A stretch of 64,000 nt of DNA from NCBI GenBank assembly GCA_964454135.1, contig CAYVQL010000009.1, positions 3,858 through 67,857 on the forward strand, read 5' to 3'. Below, piece after piece: positions 38,539 to 45,749 of this stretch. A program made the translations under genes and the position numbers. The notes beneath the pieces are model-generated. The model saw only the letters and a program-made list of their open reading frames with translations. It searched no databases and was not told the DNA's origin. Source of the DNA: an uncultured Enterobacterales bacterium (lineage in GTDB: Bacteria; Myxococcota_A; UBA796; JAFGLY01). Position 1 is the stretch's first letter. Each line of letters starts with the position of its first letter.

Positions 38539-40539
38539 ATGGTCTTCGGAGATGAGCTGCCCTGGTGCGCGCTGTGGATCCTGCGTGTGCTGGCATTTCT
38601 CAGCAGAACCCAAAGTATGCGCCTCGGGATGCGGTATCTCGACGACTCGATATGCCGCGCGGCCGGCCTGCCCCGCTGGGAGAGAGACGATACGCAGCGT
38701 TTCGACCGCATCCGAGAGCGGCTGGAAGCCATGGAGCGCCGCCCCCTGGCACGAAAGGGATTCTTGTTCAGCTGCGCCGAGCAGCTGGGCGCGGCGCTCG
38801 GTCTGGACGCTTTCGAAAGGGAGCTGCTGGCGCTGGCCCTGGCCCAGGATGTTTTCCCAGCCGTGGGCGAGGCCTTCGAGGCCAGCGGAGCGCTGCCCCT
38901 CTGGGAGAGACAGCAGCTGGTGGCCACTACCATGGCGGTGGACGCAGATCGGGTCAGGCGAGCCTTGGCAGCTGATTCGACGCTGGCTGAGTCCCGCCTC
39001 GTTCGCTGGTCGAAGAGCTCGAGCGGGGCGCCCTTCGCAGTCTCCTCGATGCTGATCTCCGCCGTGAATCGCTACGAGCCTGGGGGTGCCTCCCTGCTGG
39101 ATGCGCTGCTTTGCCCTCTCTCCGAGCCGCAGCTGAAGCTGGCCGACTACCCGCACCTCGCCAGAGACATCCACCGACTGTCCCGGCTGCTGCGTGCCGC
39201 CCTCGACACCGACGCTGCGGGCGTCGATCTGCTGCTGCACGGGCCCGCGGGCACGGGCAAGACGCAGCTCGCGCGGCTGCTGGCCGCCCAGGTCGGGGCG
39301 CAAGCCTACGAGGTTCCGGTCTGCGACGAGGATGGCGATCCCCATCGCGACCGTTTCGATGCCTGGGCCCTCTGCCAGCGGGTGCTGGCGCGCTCCGAAC
39401 GCGCTCTGGTGGTCTTCGATGAGGCTGAAGACGCGTTTCCCGACCATGGTCCGCTGGCGCCGAAGAGCGGCCCGACCAAGGGCTGGGTCACACGTCAGCT
39501 CCAGTCACATTCTGTGCCCACCATCTGGATCGCAAACCGCATCTCGCACCTCGACCGGGCATACCTGCGCCGCTTCGACATAGTGCTGGAGATGGCCACG
39601 CCGCCGCGCCGCGTACGACTGCGCATGTTGCAGCGCCACCTCGCAGACATTCACCTGCCAGTTTCGGTCCACGAACACCTGGCAGCCGATGCGCGGCTCG
39701 TGCCAGCGCACCTGGGCAGCGCCGCGCGCGTGCTGGAGCTGGTGGGTCCGGGCGATCCGAGCGATGCCGAGGAGACGCTCGAGGCGGCGCTGCGGCCCCA
39801 GCTGGATTTCTTGGGGCGTCCGCCCCAACCTCCCTACTCAGCCGCCCTTTCCTGGGACGCCAGGATACCGCGCACCAGCCACGATCTCGAGGATCTTGAA
39901 CGCGGCTTGATCCGCACGAAGCGCGGCACCATCTGCCTGTACGGCCCGCCTGGTACGGGCAAGACCGCATGGGCGCACCACCTGGCTCGAAGCTGCGACA
40001 GGCCGCTGAACGTCCACGGCGCGTCGGACCTGCTCAGCTGCTGGCTCGGTGAAACCGAGAAGAACCTGGCCAAGGCCTTCCGCAGCGCTACCGAAGACGA
40101 GGCCATCCTGTTGCTGGACGAAGCCGACTCCCTGCTCCGCGACCGTTCCACCGCGCTGCGAAGCTGGGAGGTGACCCAGGTCAACGAGCTGCTCGTCCAG
40201 CTGGAGCGATTCCGCGGGATCGTGCTGTGCGCCACCAACCGCATCGAGGATCTGGATCGGGCTGCGCTGCGGCGCTTCGCCGTCAAGATCCGCTTTGCAC
40301 CGCCTGGCCGCAGAGGACGGCGGCTGCTCGTACTGCGGGCGCTGGAACGCCTCGCCGCGCCGGTGCCATCTGACGACGCGCTGCGTGTGCTGGACAGCCT
40401 GGATGGGATCACGCCCGGCAGCGTGACCGCGGCGTTCAAGCAGCTGGAGCTGCTTGGGGAGGGCAGCTTCGAGGCCCTGGTGGAGCTGCTCACCCAGGAT
40501 CGGTCCTTGAAACGACGCCGGCAGGTGGGATTTCGTTGA
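38539..40539 (+). CDS. Tandem AAA+ ATPase with a unique ~190-aa N-terminal region
   Basis: Start is at ATG 38539 (GGAGAG upstream). Module 1 has LLLHGPAGTGKTQ and VVFDEAED. Module 2 has CLYGPPGTGKTA, LLLDEADSLL and CATNRIEDLDRAALRRF. The upstream part of the 872-aa track ORF overlaps the CYTH gene and was rejected. Confidence 0.8.
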   Translation: MVFGDELPWCALWILRVLAFLSRTQSMRLGMRYLDDSICRAAGLPRWERDDTQRFDRIRERLEAMERRPLARKGFLFSCAEQLGAALGLDAFERELLALALAQDVFPAVGEAFEASGALPLWERQQLVATTMAVDADRVRRALAADSTLAESRLVRWSKSSSGAPFAVSSMLISAVNRYEPGGASLLDALLCPLSEPQLKLADYPHLARDIHRLSRLLRAALDTDAAGVDLLLHGPAGTGKTQLARLLAAQVGAQAYEVPVCDEDGDPHRDRFDAWALCQRVLARSERALVVFDEAEDAFPDHGPLAPKSGPTKGWVTRQLQSHSVPTIWIANRISHLDRAYLRRFDIVLEMATPPRRVRLRMLQRHLADIHLPVSVHEHLAADARLVPAHLGSAARVLELVGPGDPSDAEETLEAALRPQLDFLGRPPQPPYSAALSWDARIPRTSHDLEDLERGLIRTKRGTICLYGPPGTGKTAWAHHLARSCDRPLNVHGASDLLSCWLGETEKNLAKAFRSATEDEAILLLDEADSLLRDRSTALRSWEVTQVNELLVQLERFRGIVLCATNRIEDLDRAALRRFAVKIRFAPPGRRGRRLLVLRALERLAAPVPSDDALRVLDSLDGITPGSVTAAFKQLELLGEGSFEALVELLTQDRSLKRRRQVGFR

Positions 40540-40556
40540 GAGTCGGGCGTGGTCGC

Positions 40557-41558
40557 TCAGTCGTAGCAGGCCGCAGCCGTGGCCAGCTCCGCGGCGATCT
40601 CCTCCCGCAGCCAGCCGGGCTCCAGCACCTCCAGCGCGCTGCCGTAGGACAGCAGCCAGGAGCGCGTGCTGTGCGAATCGGGCAGCTCCGTGCGCAGGAG
40701 CACGTGGCTCGGGCCGTCGTCCTGCAATGAGGTGTTGCGGCCCGGGGGCGCCTCGTACAGGCGGTGCGCGGCCACGCGCTCGGCTCGTGCCAACAGGCTC
40801 ACCGGCTGCCTCGAAAACAGAAAGCCGGGCTCGCCGCTGGCGAGGTAGGCATCGAGGTCGAAGCCGGGCGGCTCGCGCCTTGGCTGGACCAGCACTTCTG
40901 CCCTGACTACGCGAGACAGGACGAGGGTGATCACCAGCTCGCGCCCCTCGGCGACGCAAGCCAGGTAGACCAGCGGCCCACGGAAGAGCAGGCCCAGGGG
41001 GTGCACGTCGAGGCTGCGCGCATGCTCTGCGCCGCGACTGCGGTAGTCCGCCCGCAGCATGCGCTCCTCGAGCAGCGCAGCGTAGACCGCGTCGAGCACC
41101 TCGGCGTCCACGTGCGGCGGGCGCTCCACCACGAAGTCGGGAATCACGCGCAGCTTGCCGGGCCAGCGGGCCAGGGCGTTGTCGCCCAGCGCGGCCAGCA
41201 CCGCCGTGGCGCGCTGCAGGTGGGGCTCCAGCTCGCGCCAGGTGCAGCGGGGCATGAGCTTTGAAAGGTGGCTGCCCACCAGCCTGAAGGTCATGGCCGT
41301 GCGGGGATCCATGGCGGGCAGGTCGAAGGGCGCGGCGTCGCGCATCCAGGACCAGCCGTAGGGCTTGGAGCGTTCGTCGCAGGTCAGGGGGAAGATGGCT
41401 GACAGCGCGTGCAGGTCGCGCTGGATGCTGCGCCGGCTGACGTGCACGCCGTGGTCTTGCAGGCGGGCCTCCAGCGTGGCCGTGTCGATCTTGCGCGGGG
41501 CGCGGGGGATGGCGCTCAGCAGCAACCAGTGGCGGGTGATGATGGTGTGGGAGGGCAT
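40557..41558 (-). CDS. WYL-domain transcriptional regulator (wHTH-WYL-WCX architecture)
   Basis: Start is at ATG 41558 (MPSHTIITRHWLLLSAI...). The N-terminal HTH reads TLEARLQDHGVHVSRRSIQRDLHAL. The central segment YRSRGAEHARSLDVHPLGLLFRGPLVYLAC is WYL-like. Confidence 0.8.
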   Translation of the reverse strand: MPSHTIITRHWLLLSAIPRAPRKIDTATLEARLQDHGVHVSRRSIQRDLHALSAIFPLTCDERSKPYGWSWMRDAAPFDLPAMDPRTAMTFRLVGSHLSKLMPRCTWRELEPHLQRATAVLAALGDNALARWPGKLRVIPDFVVERPPHVDAEVLDAVYAALLEERMLRADYRSRGAEHARSLDVHPLGLLFRGPLVYLACVAEGRELVITLVLSRVVRAEVLVQPRREPPGFDLDAYLASGEPGFLFSRQPVSLLARAERVAAHRLYEAPPGRNTSLQDDGPSHVLLRTELPDSHSTRSWLLSYGSALEVLEPGWLREEIAAELATAAACYD

Positions 41559-41683
41559 GTTCTGGCAGAGTATGGCATGCTCGTTTTGCACGGGCGACCG
41601 TCGGTGCTTCGATGGCTCTATTGAATTTCGGTCGCAACGGCCGTTTCTGTTACCAACAGCGCCTCCCTCCAGGACCGGGCCTG

Positions 41684-42373
41684 ATGAAGCTGAGCCAGCT
41701 TCTGGGAGAGACCGTACGCTCCTTCGCGAGTCACTCCTGCTACTTCTACGAGCGTTGCCGAGAGCTGCCCTTCGCCTACGCGGAACGCCAGGTGCACTCG
41801 GTCCTCTTTCCCGCGATCCTGGATGTCGTCTATCGCGACGAGGGCTACGCATTCCTGGAGCAGCCCGTCGCTCGGGCTCCAGGCGGCCCTGGAGCTGAAG
41901 AGCCCACCGGCTGGGCGGATTACTGGATCGTGCACCGCAAGCACGTGGTGCTGGCAGAGGTCAAGCACGGCTGGAACGCCTTGCGCACCGATGAGCCGAC
42001 CCAGAGAATAGTCGGAAAATGGGAGACCTGTCTAAAGCAGCTCAACACGCTGGTTGCGAAGGAGGGAGCGCCTCGTATGCTCGCTCCGGGCGAACACGCC
42101 CACGTCCTCGGCCTGCTGATCGCGATCCACTTCTACGGCGGACAGGATGTTCCAGCTCGACCGTCGAAGGAGGAAGCCTGGGATGCGCATCGAAGATTGA
42201 TCCGCCGCCTGCCTGTCAGGATGGCGACGACCGAATGGCCAATCCGTTGGCACGGCGTCTGGCGGGTTCCGCCTCGCCTGGAGGTGGATTGGGCGGGCGA
42301 TGACCAGCCGCGGCTGCATTGCCCTGCGGTGTCGTTCGTGGCGGCGGCGGAGCCCGTTCGCGCGGAATGCTGA
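41684..42373 (+). CDS. Hypothetical protein with a PD-(D/E)xK-nuclease-like motif, divergent from the WYL regulator
   Basis: ATG 41684 (MKLSQLL...). The motif string is ...AERQVHSVLFP...GWADYWIVHRKHVVLAEVKHGW... (E...D-x13-ExK). Coding is likely, but the function is only inferred from this motif. Confidence 0.5.
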   Translation: MKLSQLLGETVRSFASHSCYFYERCRELPFAYAERQVHSVLFPAILDVVYRDEGYAFLEQPVARAPGGPGAEEPTGWADYWIVHRKHVVLAEVKHGWNALRTDEPTQRIVGKWETCLKQLNTLVAKEGAPRMLAPGEHAHVLGLLIAIHFYGGQDVPARPSKEEAWDAHRRLIRRLPVRMATTEWPIRWHGVWRVPPRLEVDWAGDDQPRLHCPAVSFVAAAEPVRAEC

Positions 42374-43092
42374 GAGCACGGGGGCATGGTCAACGAGCCA
42401 TGTCCTGGCGGAACCGCGACCGACTCGCTCGAAACGGCGCGCCACTTCGGCCATCAAGCTGCGCGGTCGCAGCCTCGTTCGGGCTTCTCGCCCTTGCGCG
42501 AGTCGTTCAGCCACAAACAGCCCTCGTGCAGCTCGTCGCCCTTTTCTTGGCAGAGCTGCCGGGGGCTATGCTCCTTTGGGCTGATCAGACCGGAATATTC
42601 CGCACCATCCACGCTGGCGCCATGCGCTGATCGTCCCCGATGCGCACCTGCTGACGGCCACGAGGGACGCGCCCTCTCTCAGGAGGCTCGATGGGGCCCC
42701 ACAGGCCCCGAAGAAGAGGCCAGCTACCCGGTGGCCCTTCGAATTCCCTCAGGTCGCCGTGCTCCAGTTCCCCTTGCTCCCCCCAGATGCTGGCCACCAC
42801 TGCCAGGGGCTCACCGAAGCCCCGCTTCCAGCGCAACTCGCCGTCCTGGTCCCGGCTGACGTGCAGCACGTCCTTGTGGACCATCGCGTGGTGAGTTGAG
42901 CAGAGGCAGACGAGGTTCCCCGGATCGTGCGAACGACTGCGCGTCCATGGGTCGATATGGTGCAGTTCAATATGTTTATTGTGGCGACAGCCGGGCACTT
43001 GGTAGCGACCGCCGTCGCGGATGAGCACGGCTCGTCGGATGACCGGGGGGATGGTGCGGCTCTTGTGTCCGGGGATACCAGCGGTGAAGCGC

Positions 43093-43166
43093 CCTCCATT
43101 CATTGCTCGTCAGCCACCAACGTGCTTGGCGCGCTCTATGCTCAACTTGAGGCAGGCCTACGGGGT
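43093..43166 (-). repeat. 74-nt interspersed (MITE-like) repeat, copy B, inside the HNH gene
   Basis: On the minus strand it reads accccgtaggcctgcctcaagttgagcatagagcgcgccaagcacgttggtggctgacgagcaatgaatggagg. By hand alignment, 62 of 74 positions match copy A. It has the same orientation, and the same 8 nt (gcgcttca) follow both copies. Confidence 0.7.
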
Positions 43167-43358
43167 AGGTGCTGCATCGCGGCCAGACCCAGGGCTATCT
43201 CGCGGCCCGCGCGGCCTTCGGTCCAGTCCTTCTGGCAACACGGACAGCGGTGCTCGATGATCCTGTAGTTGATGGAGTAGGCGTTCTCGCCGCGGGGAAG
43301 CTGTTGGGGGAGGTGCTCGCCGTGGTCGCTGTCTTCGTTGGCGCCGCGGTACACCTGT

Positions 43359-43598
43359 GCCGTGGGCCGGGTGTCCTCGGCGGCGCGGTCATCACAGCAC
43401 ACGTGTGCCGCCGACGGGGCGTTCTCGCTAGCGGCGTCTTCGCCACACACGTGCGCTGTGGGCGGGACGTTCTCGCTGGCGTTGTCTTTGCCACACACGT
43501 GCGCTGTGGGCGGGGCGTTCTCGCTGGTGTCGTCTTCGCCGCACACATGTACCTTGGGCTGGGTGCCCTCGTCCTCCGCGTCTTCGCCGCATCCGTGT
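43359..43598 (-). repeat. 48-bp coding tandem repeat (about 5 units) encoding a 16-aa H-x-C-G-E/K-D unit
   Basis: The protein reads HGCGEDAEDEGTQPKV / HVCGEDDTSENAPPTA / HVCGKDNASENVPPTA / HVCGEDAASENAPSAA / HVCCDDRAAEDTRPTA. In DNA, ccacacacgtgcgctgtgggcgg recurs at 43443 and 43491. Confidence 0.8.
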
Positions 43599-43981
43599 GC
43601 CGTAGCGTGGCCGTCTTCGCTGGCCGCGTTCCGGAAACCCTCGGGATCCGGCCCGTCGTCGCTGGCACCGCCTTCGTCCGCCAGCAGGTCGCCGTCGAGG
43701 CACAGCTCGGCCATGTACAGCAGGAGCTGGCTGGCGGACATGTCCGGATCGTCGAGTTGGTGGCGGAGCAGGGCCAAGGCCTGCATCAGGCGCTCGAAGT
43801 GGAAGGGGTCGAGCCGGAACCGGGCCCAGATGTGCCGCGGGGGCTCCCACTCCTCAGCCGGATCGGGTGGCGCGTCGCCTCTGCTGGCGCGGGCAACCAG
43901 ATCCTCAAGCTCCCGGCTGTTGAGCTGCAGCGCGCGCCTTACCCATGCCCCTTCCGTCTCCGCCGTGGCCACCTGAAGCGC

Positions 43982-44055
43982 CCTCCATTCGCTGCTCGTC
44001 AGCCACCGACATATTTGGCGCGCTCTATGCCCAACTTGAGGGAGGCAGTCGGTGT
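43982..44055 (-). repeat. 74-nt interspersed (MITE-like) repeat, copy A, inside the HNH gene
   Basis: On the minus strand it reads acaccgactgcctccctcaagttgggcatagagcgcgccaaatatgtcggtggctgacgagcagcgaatggagg. It introduces a TGA and a frame shift. The boundaries are ambiguous by a few nt because GGCGC flanks both ends. Confidence 0.7.
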
Positions 44056-44991
44056 ACGCGCCTTGGTCCAGCCCAACGCTCCGGCGCAAAGGGCCGCGTC
44101 CAGCGTCGGCAGATCGGGCAGCAGCCGGCCAAGCCGCGCCAGCTGCCTGGTCTTGCCGGGACGGAAACCGAAGGCCTGCTCCCCGTACTCCACGAGTCCG
44201 GCGTAGCCCAGTTCGCGGTAGAGCCGGCCGCGTTGCATGGCAGCCATCCCCGCAGCGATATCCCGCACGGCCTGGCGCTCGATGCGCACGAGAGCGCGGA
44301 TGCGGGCGTGCAGCGCAGCGGCTTGGACGCTGGGATTCGGCTTGTCGCAGGCTTCTGCGGATGGCGGCGGGGCCAGCGGATCCCCCCCCTTGCCTGGCGC
44401 TTCGTCTTGGTCACCACTGACCTCGCGAGCGGGTGGCAGGTGGGACTCGTGGACGTGTTCGTCTTGCATGGTCGCTCCCTCGCAGGCTCTGCGGAGGTGG
44501 CTGCCGCTGTGGAGCACAGCCCCGATCTTGGTACGCCAGAGCAGGCGGTCACATGACGGGGTTCTTCCGTCGCAGTAGGCACCACTTAACCCACCCGTCG
44601 CCTGAAGGCGGGCTTTTTCTGCGCTTTTTCGCCCGTCTTCCGTGCGGTGCTCCAGTGCATGGAGTGTTTGCTGGTGGGGTGATCCGCGCAGTGCGGCTGG
44701 GTGGGTGGGGGACTACGCAGTCCGAGGGCGATCCCGGCCGTGTCCGCTCCGCGGGAGCATCTCGTTCGGGTTCACAATGTCTCCTGGTCGCAGGTCGCCT
44801 TGGGTGCCTGACCGGCCCCCTGCGCGCGAAACACTCGGCCAGCTCCGCGGCGTCATATGCTGTCATATGACCACCTCATCTCAACAGGCGCTACGTTGAG
44901 TCCACCAGGCCGCACCGCCGCGGCCCACACCGAGCGGAAGACGGCGCAGGAATCTCCCGGCGCCACCACCACGCACCCCTGCGAGGTCACC

Positions 44992-45309
44992 ATGTCCAGC
45001 ATTCCTCACTACGATCCCAACGCCCCGTACGCCGACGAGGACTACGTCCGCGAGAACTTCGAGGACAAGCTCGGCACTGTCGGCGATGCCAGCTTCCATC
45101 GCAAGCTCGTGGCTCTGTGGCGCTACCTGCTCGACGCTCCCCCGGCGGCCGATCTGGCTCTGATCCTCTTCGCCCTCGGGTACTTCATCTTTCCCTTCGA
45201 TGCCATCCCCGACGTGCTCCCCGTCGTGGGCTGGCTGGACGACATCGCGGTAGTCACCGCCGTGATCGCCGCCCTGGGCTGCCGCCTCGACGCCTACCTC
45301 GACCGTTGA
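44992..45309 (+). CDS. DUF1232 (YkvA-like) membrane protein
   Basis: Start is at ATG 44992 (GAGG upstream). ILFALGYFIFPFDAIPDVLPVVGWLDDIAVV matches the DUF1232 PxDxIPDxxPxxGxxDD signature. Confidence 0.8.
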   Translation: MSSIPHYDPNAPYADEDYVRENFEDKLGTVGDASFHRKLVALWRYLLDAPPAADLALILFALGYFIFPFDAIPDVLPVVGWLDDIAVVTAVIAALGCRLDAYLDR

Positions 45310-45320
45310 TTCCTCCTGGC

Positions 45321-45339
45321 CCCGGCCTTCCTGGCCGGG
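45321..45339 (+). terminator. Perfect 7-bp GC hairpin just after the DUF1232 stop (candidate terminator)
   Basis: CCCGGCC-ttcct-GGCCGGG begins 12 nt after the TGA at 45307..45309. There is no U-tract. Confidence 0.3.
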
Positions 45340-45366
45340 ACCCTCCACGACGCCTCGGAGCTTCTC

Positions 45367-45723
45367 ATGAGCCGACCAGCCATCAGCTACCACGCGCGTG
45401 TCAGGGCCATGCAGCGCCTGGGCTGCAGGAACCACAGGCAGGCTCAGCTGAAGCTTCGCCACGTCTACCGGCGCAGCCAGGTGCTGCCCCACAGGATCGG
45501 CTACCGCCTGGCCACCGGCCAGGCCGAACCCCGCGGATGGCGCAGAAACAGCGAGTACCGGGTCTATGGCGACTGCTTCCTGATCTGCTCTGGCAGACAC
45601 GTGATCACCTGCTGGCGTCTCGACGAGATCGAGCTGGCATCCCTGCTCACCTGGCAGATCGTCGGAGCGTGGCTGCCTGACGGCGCCGGTCGCCCGGATC
45701 CGAGCCTGGCCAAGGCCGCCTGA
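45367..45723 (+). CDS. Small hypothetical protein, weakly DUF4258-like
   Basis: 118 aa with GGAG upstream. The N-terminal ISYHARVRAMQRLG and C-terminal YRVYGDCFLICSGRHVITCWRL recall the DUF4258 pattern (HAxxRMxxRxI ... vITvy). The similarity is judged by eye only. Confidence 0.45.
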   Translation: MSRPAISYHARVRAMQRLGCRNHRQAQLKLRHVYRRSQVLPHRIGYRLATGQAEPRGWRRNSEYRVYGDCFLICSGRHVITCWRLDEIELASLLTWQIVGAWLPDGAGRPDPSLAKAA

Positions 45724-45749
45724 CCCCGCTTTCCCGAGAGGTGCCCACC

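Larger units (their letters stand above)
42585..44469 (-). pseudogene. HNH endonuclease gene split into three ORFs by two 74-nt repeat insertions
   Basis: Fragments run from 44469 down to about 44056, from 43981 down to 43167, and from 43092 down to 42585. The HNH core is VPGCRHNKHIELHHIDPW...NLVCLCSTHHAMVH. Removing 43982..44055 and 43093..43166 (each 74 nt, a +2 shift) restores one frame: ...GWTKAR|ALQVATAETE... and ...AAMQHL|RFTAGIPGHK.... Confidence 0.65.

Noticed and set aside
41612-41683. Longer start (41612) for the PD-(D/E)xK-like gene
   Set aside because: The extra 24 residues (MALLNFGRNGRFCYQQRLPPGPGL) fall in the AT-rich promoter spacer and add no plausible structure. I prefer ATG 41684, though neither start has a strong RBS.
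39838-41852. The 599-aa minus ORF (39838..41637) and the N-terminal extension of the 431-aa ORF (41559..41852)
   Set aside because: The first is a shadow frame over the AAA+ and WYL genes. The extension is Arg/Ser/Pro-rich and runs across the divergent promoter, and the WYL protein starts sensibly at 41558.
43093-43166. Hammerhead-ribozyme-like core (CTGACGAG...GAA) inside the 74-nt repeat
   Set aside because: The segment between CUGACGA and GAA is only 5 nt (GCAGC or GCAAT) and cannot form stem II. Stems I and III are not evident either. I treat the resemblance as coincidence.
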